Shown piece by piece: positions 27,787 through 41,541 of a stretch of DNA of 64,000 bases. How positions within the stretch are numbered: the first letter of the stretch is position 1; each line of letters begins with the position of its first letter. The stretch is taken from the NCBI GenBank assembly GCA_951406725.2, contig OX597831.1, positions 14,818,001 to 14,882,000 of the forward strand. The letters are read 5' to 3'. The stretch is from Octopus vulgaris. Lineage: Eukaryota. The position numbers and the translations under genes were made by a program. The notes below the pieces were generated by a model. That model did no database searches. It worked only from the letters and a program-made list of their open reading frames with translations, and was not told the origin of the DNA.

Positions 27787-28142
27787 TGATTTAAGGACTG
27801 TGTCAAGTCCTCTTTAAAAGCCTGTGATATGTAGGAGACTGACTGGGAGAGCAATGCCTGTCATCGCCGCACATGATGGAAGCAGGTTAGGGAGAAGATC
27901 GACACCTTTGAGAGAGCACGTATTTTGCAGAAAGACCTTAAGCGTGCTCTTCGGAGGCGTACTGCTGATGTAATGAATGGGGATAGCTTGGCTTGCAATG
28001 TTTGCAGTCGTGTATGCTTGCCAAGAATAGGGCTCATTAGCCAACAATGGAGCCGCAAATGCAAAATATAAGTTAGTCCTAGAGCGCACAATGTTCCTGA
28101 AGGTCAGCAATGGTGTTCTTCGGTCACAAGTGGACGGCCATC
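27787..28142 (+). pseudogene. RTE-clade LINE 3' end remnant
   Basis: FKDCVKSSLKACDM*ETDWESNACHRRT*WKQVREKIDTFERAR..KRALRR..LACNVCSRVCLPRIGLISQQ, followed by a 3' UTR ggtgttcttcggtcacaagtggacggccatc. Confidence 0.85.
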
Positions 28143-29165
28143 ATGTATGTATGCATGTATGTATGTATGTATGTATGTATGTATGTATGTATGTATGTAT
28201 GTATGTATGTATGTATGCATGCATGTATGTATGCATGTATGTATGAATGTATGTATGTATGTATGTATGTATGTATAAATGCATATATGCATGTATGTAT
28301 AAATGCATATATGTATGTATGTATGCATATATGTATGTATGTATGCATATATGTATGTATGTATGCATATATGTATGTATGTTTGTATGTATGTATGTAT
28401 GTATGTATGCATGTATGTATGCATGTATGCATGTAAAGAATATATATAGCTAGTGTTAGCTTTGAAAGACTTTGTACATTGTATCATATAATTACATAGA
28501 TCTGATTGTCTTTCTTAGAAACTGTATTTTATCATTCCTCGAAAATGAAAAGTTTAATTTTACCTTGGAGGAATTTTAACCTAGACATTAAGGGCATTTG
28601 AATCTCAAAACGAAACATTTTCCCTGAAATTCCAAGGGATTATACCACCATAGTTTTATCGAAGCTGAATTAAAATGTGAAACCCATCTATTGTTGAAAT
28701 CAAAGCTGCGAAATCTTTAAGAATTGCCAAAATGTTATAATTACAGATTTAATCTTACAAATACATTTGGCATCCAGTGTTACTCATGAGAATCAATTAT
28801 ACCGACAAAAAAAAAAGTAAGTAGGGCTTTATTAGGATTTCTCTTTATTCCACAGCGTTCTTCGACGGTGGAAGATTAATTCTAAATGCCTGAACGTTTG
28901 CACGATTAAACCGTGTACTTTTTCATATTCAAATCTCTTTGTTCCTCTTCTGTCTCGTACCTCAATACGGTGACGTCAGAAACAGTTAAACGATGAAGCA
29001 ATAATAACGAGCGGAGCTTTCTAATTGTTAATTCAGATTAGTTTCTATGGGATCATTAAGAAATCATTAAAAAGCCAAGGATCCTTTCTCAATCTTTCCT
29101 AAAAGCTTGAAGCAATTTTGTTTATTAATAAAAAAGAAGAGGAAACTAGAACGGCAAAGAGAGAA

Positions 29166-29221
<56 letters not shown>

Positions 29222-29596
29222 AGAGATAATAGATAGATACAGAAGAAGAGAGAGAGAGCGGGCGAGAGAGTGATAGAAAGTGAGGTAGAGAGGAATATTA
29301 ATCTAGAGAGTTATTTCTTTATTTCTTTGATGCAGTTCCACTTCTGGATTGGTTCCGTTTCATAGCAGTTGCGCACACGCAGAAAAAGAAAAGAAAAAAA
29401 GAAAACATGCATAAAAATATTCTAATCATGAAACCGGATCCGCCAGCAACGTGAGTTGACTAGAGTGATGGTTAAAATTCCGTATGCTTTAGTTGGGAAT
29501 CTCTAGTTTCTGGGTTCAAATTTCAACACAATCGAATTGGGCAATCGTCCTCCCTAAGACTATAACCAGGTTCAACATTTTAAATTCGATTTGATA

Positions 29597-29853
29597 CAGG
29601 GTGTTCAAAAAGTTTCTCCGCAGTATTTTATTGCAAAATAAATATTTATAAGATGGATAAGACAACAGAAGAATATATCAGACTTTACAAAACCTAAAAA
29701 ACTTTATAAGAAATGTTGAAAGCATCGTCCTTTATTTTCACTAAGTAAGTTTAAACTTCTCCACATATTTTGAAATACATCTTGGAGAGTCAGACTCCTG
29801 GAGAACCAGGATGGAAAAAAAATTCACTGCGGAGAGACTTTTTGAACACCCTG
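29597..29853. mobile_element. Tc1/mariner-type MITE (~257 bp)
   Basis: TIRs cagggtgttcaaaaagtttctccgcagt and actgcggagagactttttgaacaccctg (1 mismatch in 28), flanked by TA on both sides. Confidence 0.93.
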
Positions 29854-29968
29854 TATAGGATTCTTGCGAGATCAACTTTGGGAATCTATGCTCAAATTTA
29901 TGTTCCATTAAGTCGAATGAAAATTGAATTGTAGATATTAAGGTGTAATCAAATCTGATCTACCCGCA

Positions 29969-30068
<100 letters not shown>

Positions 30069-30119
30069 GAAAGATACAGACAGACAGAGACAGAGAAAGA
30101 CAGAGACAGTTTTAGATAC

Positions 30120-30346
30120 CTTTCTTTGTGTCAGTCACAGGTTTGCGGTCATGCTGGAGCACCGTCTTGAACTATTTTCAGTTTAACACGGATCGACACC
30201 AGAATTTACTTGTATATGCTCAGAATAATCTGCATTTTTTGCTGGAACGCTAAGTTACAGGGACGTAAACAAACGAACACAAGATGCCAAGTGGTGCTGG
30301 TAATGAAGCATAAACACAAACACACACTCACACACATACATATGTC

Positions 30347-30390
<44 letters not shown>

Positions 30391-30530
30391 GGTCGGGATA
30401 CTTTTAAGTTTCCCTCAGGCCAATGTACTCCCAGGTTCTATTCTAGCGGTTGCTGCAGTCGGGTACAACGACATCTGGTGTGACGCAGGATTACTGAACC
30501 CGACACAGCGCGGTTGGGAAGATATCTCTT
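30120..30530 (-). mobile_element. Decayed SINE family B
   Basis: gcggtcatgctggagcaccgtcttga...gaacgctaagttacagggacgtaaac...actgaacccgacacagcgcggttgggaag. Confidence 0.75.
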
Positions 30531-31061
30531 TATCTGAGAAAGACATCACCATTTTCATACTTTAGACTAAGATAACATTCTCGAAACTTCAGGCCTCCAG
30601 CCTAATGAAGAAGACGATATTTAAGTCAGATACAATCATTTATCGCATGAATTGCTTTATCTGAGATCGGCAGGCGACTGCTATTTCTAGCAGTTCGAGT
30701 GAACACACAGAGGCTACTTAATCATTCGTTCAAAAGTTCTGTGTTCACGGTGTTGAGTTGGACGAACGTAATGGGAAGACAAAGACAATAGACTAACGAC
30801 AATTGAAGATTTTAATCTCTATAATAGATCATGGAAAGCCATTCCACAAGGTAGTTGTTATTTATTCCGGTCACATTTGGTTAAGTGTTACGTTTGGGGT
30901 TGATAAAGTATTGCAAGATATTGTTTTGACAGTTTTAGCTGATCAATGCATTTGATAAGGGGAGAGATGATGCAAAATTTCGTCTTGGCTCTGTGTGTGT
31001 GTATCTACATACGTGTATATATATATATACATATATATATATGTATATATGTGTATATATA

Positions 31062-31094
<33 letters not shown>

Positions 31095-31359
31095 GTACAT
31101 ATGCGTATATATATGCATATATATATGTATATATATATGTAGATATATATATGTATATATATGTAGATATATATATATATATATGTACATATGCGTATAT
31201 ATATGCATATATATATGTATAAATATATATATGTAGATATATACTGACACATTTATAAATATACTTACGCGCGACCGCATGAGTATGTGTGCTGGTGTCT
31301 GAGTGAGTGTGCTTACATGTGTGATGTAGCACATATATGTATGCATGCATGTATTTTCG

Positions 31360-31409
<50 letters not shown>

Positions 31410-31440
31410 TATTTATATTTATACATATATATGTATATAC

Positions 31441-31690
31441 AATTTAAAGATAGGATAAAATCTTTATAAGAATTTATCAGGTAGTTAACGTTAAAAACCT
31501 CATAAGAGAAAGATCCATCAATTTTTCGCTTATATCTATTTATATTATATTGAGGGCATTACTATACATAAATGCCACACGCTAGGAGGGACACTTAAAG
31601 TCTACGTGTTTATTGTTTTGGTAGTTTTGACTTTAAGAGTCCCTCCTAGCGTGTGGCATTTATGTATAGAAATGCCCTCAATATAATATA
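31441..31690. repeat. Terminal-repeat module with ~62-bp inverted repeat; same family as 57100-57810
   Basis: Arms at 31540-31602 and 31629-31690 (gagggcatt...aatgccacacgctaggagggac..ttaaagtc and its reverse complement). 31441-31508 matches the reverse complement of 57740-57807. Confidence 0.88.
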
Positions 31691-31902
31691 ATATAATATA
31701 ATATAATATAATATAATATAATATATATATATATATATATATAATATTCTTTGACAAGAAAAGAATCGATAGTGATTTCGAAGTTCCAGACAGTTAACTC
31801 ATTTCCAGATTGTCCGATTGTGACTGAGCTGGCCAAAACTTTGAAGTCACTTTCAATATTACTCTTTCCCCCAAAAATTACAATCGGCAGAACAAACCGA
31901 TA

Positions 31903-31965
<63 letters not shown>

Positions 31966-31975
31966 ATATGCACAT

Positions 31976-32069
<94 letters not shown>

Positions 32070-32672
32070 CATATATATCCATATGCATATATATATATAT
32101 ATATCATATATATATATATATACATACATACACATACACACACATTTATATGCATATATTCTTGTCAGTTATTTTTTCCATTATTCCCACAGACGCACGC
32201 ACACACACACACACACACATACAAACACATATCCACGGCAAATATGCCTCTGTCTAATATTTTTCATAAATTCCCTTCGGATGAATTACACTTGTACGCA
32301 TGTTCTGTCGTTCACTATATTAATTTACATGGCGCTACTTCACCGTGTACTTCGAACACACTTCTACAATCACCCCACCCATCCAATATATATTCAGATA
32401 AGTAACCAAATTAATAACAACAAACCGCATCTTTGTTGCTATGAGATATGAAATTTCCCATTCAATTCTTTTCAACAAATAGTTTATTACAAGAAACCAG
32501 TCTATTTCTTGGTGTTGTTTCAACTCGAACTTTATCTTGTTATTCTATTCCTATATTCTTTTATTCTATTCTTGTTATTCTATTCTCATATTCTGTTGTT
32601 ATTGTTTGTGCCTTCTCGAGCTATGCCCAGCTCATAACGACTGGTTTTCTGGTTTCTTTGGCGTATATGTTT

Positions 32673-32874
32673 CCCTGGACGGAGACGCCGCTCCGTCACA
32701 GGTGAGTTGCTGGTTGCAGGAGGAAAAGGTGAGAGGAATTTGTAGCAAAAGAGTCTGCAAAGGTTCGCCATTACCTTCCGCCGGAGGCGAGTGGGGCTTA
32801 GATGTTTCGCTCATAAATACACACATCGCCCGGTCTGAGATTCGAACCCATGACCTCTCGACTGCGCCTCCACA
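32673..32874 (-). mobile_element. tRNA-derived SINE, third family, partially deleted
   Basis: Minus strand tgtggaggcgcagtcgagaggtcatgggttcgaatctcagaccgggcgatg...; B box ggttcgaatct. Confidence 0.7.
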
Positions 32875-33223
32875 TTCATATCTTCTACTTAAGTTATGCT
32901 TTGTCTTTGAGTTATTGAAGAGTGGCCAAGCTGAAGCACTGCATTGCAACGAGTCATCCTAAATTACGTAGAGTAAAACCGCTTTGCACAGATTGACATT
33001 AAACTCTGCTGTTCATGCGTATTACATTTTAACGTTCTAGCTCACTTCCGCTCTTTGGTGCGCGGACACAGCAGAGTTCGAGGTCAATCTGTGCCAAGCG
33101 GTTTCACTCTCCGTGCTTTAGCTTCGTTACTATAGCAACAATCCGGATATTTATTGATCAGATAACGTTTAAAATTCCCATTTCATTACAAATACCTGTG
33201 TACATGTATGTCTGTATGTACAC

Positions 33224-33298
<75 letters not shown>

Positions 33299-33324
33299 CC
33301 AATCTGTCTATCTATCTATATATG

Positions 33325-33455
<131 letters not shown>

Positions 33456-33492
33456 GTATCTATCTATCTATGTATCTATCTATCTATCTATG

Positions 33493-33574
<82 letters not shown>

Positions 33575-33988
33575 CCAATCTGTCTATCTGTCTGTCTATC
33601 TATCTATCTGTCTGCCTGTCTGTCTTTCTATCTAACTATCTATCTATCTATCTAGCTAGTGTGTGTGAGTGTGTGTGTTTGTGTGTGTGTGTGCGTGTGT
33701 AAGGGAGGAAGGTGTAAAATAGAGATATGCACTTAGTGTGCATACGATTCTTTTCGTGCTACACTCACATCTACAGTCGCTAGATGAATACACATTCAAA
33801 TACATACATACACATAAATACACACACAGACACACACACACATATATATTCATTTACATATAATAGAAATTTATGCAAAAACATAATGGACAAGAGGAAG
33901 ATAAAAACATCGGTATAGAAATCGATAGATAAATAAAGATATAAAATTAATTCGTGAGTATATTTATATCTATGTAAATATCCATACA

Positions 33989-34028
<40 letters not shown>

Positions 34029-34033
34029 ATATA

Positions 34034-34101
<68 letters not shown>

Positions 34102-34800
34102 ATGTGTGCTTATATCTATTTGTGTGTGTGTGTGTGTGTGTGTGCTTATATCTATGTGTGTGTGTGTGTGTGTGCATGTATACACAAAATGCACAAATAC
34201 CCACACATTCTAGTTTGTATTGAGATCTTCGGTATGACGAGCATCACCGCAAAATATTGTTCCGTTGACAACACGGTATTATGAATTGAAAAAGAAAAAT
34301 TTCTTTCATATTTCATGAACAGGAATTCTTCATTCGGTTCCTGTTCATGCCGGATATAAGCATATATGAACGAAATGTAGATACGTGCATATATAACGAA
34401 ATGTCATTGCGATATCTCAGTCTGTGTGTCTCTGGAATAAGTGCAACAATACTACAAAGAAGCATTGGGCATCAGTCTTTCGAATTCTTCAGTTGGAAAC
34501 GATGTTTTTGTAATTGGTTAGAACGTATCACCGTGTATGGCACCAAATACGTTGGCGATTCCTGTCAACGTACTTATGTCATTCACTTCGGCGTTGAATA
34601 CCATTCAAAGTTACAAGGTTACTGATCTCTCAGTTCACGGAAGCCCTAACCATTGACATCCATTCGTGCCCCCCCCACACACACACACGTGAACTTATAT
34701 ACACAATTGAAAGAGCTACTAATAGATTCCTGCTTTTATGATAATTGAATAGGCATATTTATAAAATATGACATGCATCTTAAAGGAATCATTCAGGCCC

Positions 34801-34851
<51 letters not shown>

Positions 34852-34856
34852 CTCTT

Positions 34857-34890
<34 letters not shown>

Positions 34891-35035
34891 CTAAATATAA
34901 GGCTGTCTGAGAAACACCACCATGCCGAAATGGCAGTCAAATCCCCGATTCTAAGAACCACCTTAAATGTTCATATCGCACCATGAGATAAGATATAGGG
35001 ACAACCTAGACTAGCAAAAAGATATTACTGAATAA

Positions 35036-35092
35036 TTCAAGATCCTGGATTTCTAGCTTTGCTTCAAATAAGCTCTGCCTTCATCAGTTGCA
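35036..35092 (-). ncRNA. Type I hammerhead-like motif (partly decayed)
   Basis: Minus strand: ugCAA-CUGAUGA-aGGCagaGCUUauuugAAGCaaaGCUa-GAAA-UCCaGGA-UC|UUGaa; palindromic helix III and short helix I. Confidence 0.5.
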
Positions 35093-35200
35093 TATACCAG
35101 ATGGGCACATAAATACAAATATATATATACAGAACACACGTTATACTTACATATACGAACGTCCATACATACATATATATGCACGTATGTACAAGGCCAG

Positions 35201-35248
<48 letters not shown>

Positions 35249-35251
<3 letters not shown>

Positions 35252-35396
35252 GGAGTGGCTGTGTGGTAAGTATCTTGCTTACCAACCACATGGTCCCAGG
35301 TTCAGTCCCACTGGGCAAGTGTCTTCTACTATAGCCTCCGGCCGATCAGAGCCATGTGAGTGGATTTGGTAGACGGAAACTGAAAGAAGCCCGTCG

Positions 35397-35431
<35 letters not shown>

Positions 35432-35636
35432 TTTGTGTGTCTGTGTCTGTCCACCCCAACATCGCTTGACAACCGATGCTGGTGTGTTTACATCCCCGTA
35501 ACTTAGCGGTTCGGCAAAAGAGACCGATAGAATAAGTACTAGACTTACAAAGAATAACTCCTGGGGTCGATTTGCTCGACTAAAGGTGGTGCTCCAGCAT
35601 GGCCGCAGTCAAATGACTGAAACAAGTAAAAGAGTA
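35249..35636 (+). mobile_element. SINE family B, near full length
   Basis: gtaggagtggctgtgtggtaag...ggttcagtcccact...gactgaaacaagtaaaagagta; small internal deletion after the B box. Confidence 0.93.
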
Positions 35637-35652
35637 ATATGTATACATACAT

Positions 35653-35697
<45 letters not shown>

Positions 35698-35714
35698 TAT
35701 AGCTATTTATAAAC

Positions 35715-35826
35715 AGGTCATCCGTCGTCATCGACGATAACTAAGAGCATGACATGCAAGAAAACGAGGCATAGTGCGTCCGGCCGTGACCAATCAGTCT
35801 GGTTCGTGGTCGGACGGTTCTACCGT
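35715..35826 (-). pseudogene. Short RTE-clade LINE 3' end
   Basis: Minus strand GRTVRPRTRLIGHGRTH resembles RxFRARIGLxSHxRTH and is followed by gttatcgtcgatgacgacggatgacc. Confidence 0.6.
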
Positions 35827-35828
35827 AA

Positions 35829-36086
35829 GTGAGACATTCTCTGCAGAATAGTCTTAATGGTGAAAATGTCAGACCCTTGGATGACGTTAAAGGATACCTT
35901 GATGAATTCTTTGCCATGAAACCACTTCAAGTCGGGGAAGAGGGTATTTTCAAGTTAAAAGAAAGATGGAGACGCATTGTGCAACAAAATAGTTCATATT
36001 TGGTTGATTGAAAATGTAATAGCAAGCATTTATTGACCTTTTTCTTTCCTTTAAAGATCGGCACGAAGATTCCGGACAACCCGATA
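35829..36086 (+). mobile_element. Mariner 3' fragment with right TIR
   Basis: HSLQNSLNGE..DDVKGYLDEFFAMKP..EEGIFKLKERWRRIVQQNSSYLVD* is a mariner C-terminus; TIR tcggcacgaagattccggacaacccgata followed by TA. Confidence 0.9.
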
Positions 36087-36173
36087 TATATTATGTATAC
36101 ATATATATATTATGTATACATACCTATATATGTACACACATACACACACACATAAACACACAGACACACACAG

Positions 36174-36219
<46 letters not shown>

Positions 36220-36230
36220 GTATATGTATA

Positions 36231-36268
<38 letters not shown>

Positions 36269-36432
36269 GATCACACACAGAAATGTATAGGTATTCAGCT
36301 CCAGTGTGCGATACAAATCGCAGGAAATGTTTTTCCATTAAGAATATACTGTTAGAGATAGTTTATCATTTATCACCATTATTTCTTTATTTGGTTCCTG
36401 TTCGTGGAACATATATTTGAATCCTATGCTCA

Positions 36433-36700
36433 TGTGGAGGCCCATTGCTTAGTGGTCAGGCATTCAGCTCACGATCCTAATGTCGTCAGTTCAATTCAGC
36501 TGGCAAAAATGAGTAATACATGTACTTCAAACCGCCAGCTTTGTTACACTCTGTGTCACGAGGAATTTCCCTAAGAACTGCGTTAAGGGTACAGGTCTCT
36601 ATGGAGTGCTAAGCCACTTGCACGTTAATTTAACGAGCAAGCTGTTCCGCTGATCGTATCAGCTTGAACCCTCATCGCTGTAACCGACGAGGTGCTCCTA
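36433..36700 (+). mobile_element. tRNA-derived SINE (head tgtggaggc...), diverged
   Basis: A-box-like ttgcttagtggtcagg and B-box-like cagttcaattc; the head resembles that of 32673-32874. Confidence 0.65.
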
Positions 36701-36713
36701 TTATGCGCAAGCA

Positions 36714-36796
<83 letters not shown>

Positions 36797-36798
<2 letters not shown>

Positions 36799-36915
36799 CA
36801 CGTGATCACGCGACCGACCAGACCATCAGATGTTGTTACACATCGCTGGTCACAATGCGTTTGCATTGTTTTAGCCTTCGAATGACGCCACCCCGCTGGC
36901 TAAGCGAGCAGGCAA
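36797..36915. repeat. Probable interspersed repeat fragment between microsatellites
   Basis: GC-richer 120-bp island (cacgtgatcacgcgaccgaccagacc...ctggctaagcgagcaggc) resembling an octopus repeat from recollection only; no second copy in the window. Confidence 0.4.
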
Positions 36916-37057
36916 TATATACATATACATGTTGATATATGTAAAAACATGTCTATATACCTATATATATACATTGATTTGTATTATATAAATTTAATAT
37001 ATCCATATCTATATATATGTATATATTATATTTATATTACATATATACATTTATATA

Positions 37058-37091
<34 letters not shown>

Positions 37092-37256
37092 CTCATATGT
37101 ATACACAGATATATATATACATACGCTTATATATGCACATATATATTTCATATATGTATATATAAATATATATGCATAGAGAGGGAGAGTGAGAGAGAGA
37201 GAGAAATACATATATATACATAGATATATAAAATATATGTGTATATATATGTATAG

Positions 37257-37288
<32 letters not shown>

Positions 37289-37327
37289 GTATATATATAC
37301 ATACATATACATATATACATATATATA

Positions 37328-37358
<31 letters not shown>

Positions 37359-37365
37359 GCATATA

Positions 37366-37457
<92 letters not shown>

Positions 37458-37934
37458 ATGTGTGTGCTTTGGTCGTTGACATTGAAATAGATGATTTCAT
37501 GCCTTTATCGTTCTCCATAATGGCTGCAACAATGCAACAAAGAAGAATTGGACAGCAATTTATGGAATGTTCCATGCAGAAACGATGTCTTTGTACTCAT
37601 TTCGAACGTATTACTATACATTGCGCTGCGTAATATGGCGATCCGTATCAAAGCGTTTACGTTTTTGATCTCTTCGTCATACACACTTGCAAATTTATTG
37701 CTACTTATACATACCTATGTGCTTATTGTGATATGCATACACACACATGCATATTTGCTAATATATACAGATATGGCCATACGACTGTGCAAATAAGCCC
37801 GCCCCCCAGACACACATTTATAAAACAAGTGATGGACACAGAAAATGGAATATACTACAAACCTCATTTACTTTTTTATGTATATATATATATGCATACA
37901 TATCACTATATGAATCTGTCTGTCTGTCGCTTTG

Positions 37935-37990
<56 letters not shown>

Positions 37991-38094
37991 TTAATATACG
38001 TATGTACATATATTGTTATGCATATGTATATAGGTATATAATTATATGTGTGTAAGTTTATGTATCTATGTGTGTAAACGCATACATACGCACA

Positions 38095-38157
<63 letters not shown>

Positions 38158-41100
38158 TTATATATATATATATACATACATATATATATATATATAATAT
38201 ATATATATATATAATATATGTATATATATATACATATATAACGCATATGAATATATATGTATATGTCTCTGCGAATGTGTTTATTTCTTTCTCTTTCTAT
38301 TCCCCTCCTCTCTCTTTCTCTCCCTAGTTCCCAGTGTGTATATGTCTACGTTCGTTCGTATCTGTGTGTGTTTTTATACCTTTACTGTTCAAATCATTGA
38401 AAAACCTGGGAAATTTAGAGGTCAAATAGTAATGACACTATACTTTCACAGCAACTCATAAATTCTAAGTAAAGTACCTTTAAGCGGAAAATAGTTGATA
38501 AAAATCCTTTAGAAATCATGGACCAAGTCTATCGTGCACCGAAAACTTTCAACCGTCGAATAAGGAGATTTCCTTAGTATGATGGTGAAAGGAAAACATT
38601 TCACGTGTTTATTGAAAGGATTGAGAAATATAAGATAAATTCTTATGTACAAGACCGAATGAAACTATAATCAGATAATATATTTTAAAATATAAGTATT
38701 TTGGCTAACACAGTCATTCTGCTTCGTCAGACAAGTGATTCCGTTTCTATAGGGGATTATGTACCTTTCGTTCAATCTAACGAGGATTTCTTTAAAGCTT
38801 AGGCGGTATTATGTAAAGCCTTATTTGTATTTAAACAGTGTTTATTTTTTTCAAATTTCCTGTGAATTTGCACAGAACAGGGCATATGTATTAACTTCTC
38901 GCTTGTACAGATAACAGCTTCTATCTTGGCGGTTAAAAGTTGTCCTTTCCTTCTAGGTGTAATTGTTATCTCAACCTTCTGCTCGCGGCAAGTAAGTTGT
39001 TCAATTCCTTTAAGCATTTCTATCCACTTCTGTCAACCTCAAGAAACATCTTACTCCATATTTTATGAGCTATTATCTATTTAAAATTTCGTTAGCAATT
39101 GAAATGTTTGTAAAATACATACAAATATAAGTGTGTACATAAATACATTGCTAATTGAAGGACAAAAGCACAGAATTTATATAACCAACTTTATTACCTT
39201 GTGGTAGTTTCTCTTATAGCAATTCACAGACACAGAGTTAAGTGCCGGTGCAGCATCATATAGCTCTCTCAGATACCACACTAGCATCCAAATTTGGATG
39301 CAGGCTTCATTATAGGATAAATAGCAGTAACAATGGAAGTTATTTTGTCATTTATTTACTAGTTAATATTATGCCTAGTACTAATCTGCTGGTGTACTGT
39401 CTAATGTCATGCGCTCCGGAGATTTCAAAAAATTCATATTTCATCGTTATATCTTAGTAAATTTTTAAGTATAAATGTCGTGCGCTTTGACAACTGCTTA
39501 TCGTTGTCACTAAGGTTAAGCGATGCATTTGAGAACAGTGATATAATTTACACCATCTAAAATTTCGAGATTTTGTAGGAGATTTACTTTAAAATTTTGA
39601 CAGTGGCTCAGAAGGGGTCATTTTAAAAAGAAATAGCTCAAATCACATTACTCTGTGCGTAGAGGTCACATATATGCATGGGCTTTTCCCCTGTATTATC
39701 ACGTTTATTCTTTCTGAAAAATAATGTGTTAGCAAATTTGAAATTAGAAGTGGCTTTAATAATTTAGGATAGCATATGTACTGAAAGGACGGGTTATAAA
39801 GAAACATCTAAGAGAATGAGAAGTATAAAATAATATAATATAATATATTGCTTGTTTTTCGAGATCAGTGAATTTTCGTCACTGGGAAAACAATATATAT
39901 TTCCACTGAGAATCACTTCTCATCGCCAACCGGTGGTTGACACACGTTGTTTTCGGGTCAATACCCACAAATTCGGGTCCGTGTGTATCAAGTCAGGCTG
40001 GAGATGGGAATCAATACTTCTCTTTGCAAATACTGATAGGGCACAGATAGTGTTTCAATAGCCAGCAGGAGGAGGTGTCTTCCTGGGGCTACAAGAAACA
40101 GTAGTATTGACCTTGAAGGGTTAGCCACGTTTAGGTGGCAAATATACTTCACGATGTCCTGTGACTAAAGTTTATATCTTGCTCAGAGATTTATTATTGC
40201 TTAATATAACAAGAGATATTTATATACATAAATAAACGATTAAGTGTTGCTTAATATAATAGTAAATTTAAAGAACTAAGATGCAGTTTACTAAAATGAG
40301 TCTCAATTTGCGTTGATTTAAACCTTCACTGTGGAATATTGAGACAGGAGCTACAATGTCAGGGAATATCGATAGTAGATTAATATGGGTGCAGAGTTTG
40401 AAAGTTTGTAGCCAAGCAAAAGAAATAGAAATTACTTAACGTAGAAAAAGATATTAAGCCGCTATAGTGGATACTTGAAAAGAGATCTGTTTGGTCCAAA
40501 GGGGATGTAAATTTGCGTAAGATATTTAACGAAGTAGTCATATTCTTAGAAGGGCTCAGATGTATTGTTAAGATTAAAAGTGGTAGTTATTTCAATATAA
40601 AATATTTTTCATCAGTGCGTGGTCCATCATTTTACATCAGTTGTATGTGTTCGGCTTTGTACCTGAATCCTTTACCTACTGCACTGATCTATACTTCGTA
40701 CTTTGCTGTTCTGTATATATTTAGGCAAATCCAAGGAAGTATGATTTCCGCCATTTATGAATGAAGACGTGTGATTTATTCGAGATAATTTAATTCGTGC
40801 ACAATAGCTTCTATATACAACACACCTGTTTCACCGTGTGGTCGCTGCTGTTTTGTTCGTCTAGCTTCCCTCATAGGATTGTGTCAGCTAAAATATAATG
40901 AGGATTTTCAGAATAAGAGTAGAGATGTAGTTAATAATGAAATATTACCTATTTCTGAAATTCTTTTAGTGGTTGACAAGTTGGAAACGATAATCTATGA
41001 AGGCCAGACATTATTTAATTGTGTCTGAAATTGCTGTCTGGGGAAATGGTGGCTGCGTTGATATGAATTATAGGAAGTGACAAGTCTCGCCTTGGTGTGC

Positions 41101-41325
41101 AAAGTGCTGCTTGGTATGGTAATAGAAATCGCTAAAAATAACATTATACAATGAGCGATTATTGAATCTGAGAACATCGCATAAGTAAGCCACGTGTGAG
41201 TGTATGTATGTGTGTGCACGTACAAATGTACAAGTGTATAGTCATGACTTACCTTGTTGTAATATATATTTCTATTCCAAACACTCATTCCACAAGTTGT
41301 GATGTATATATATATATACATACAT

Positions 41326-41356
<31 letters not shown>

Positions 41357-41464
41357 GGGAGAATTTACAAAAAAACAAACAAAAGACGAAGACAGGTGGT
41401 GTACAAAACAAATAGATGTATTAGTATAACGCCCAGGAATAGAAAATGTCTTTTACATTTCGAG

Positions 41465-41540
<76 letters not shown>

Positions 41541-41541
<1 letters not shown>

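Noticed and set aside
38799-39017. 72-aa non-repetitive ORF on the minus strand
   Set aside because: No recognisable motif or convincing splice context; length compatible with chance.
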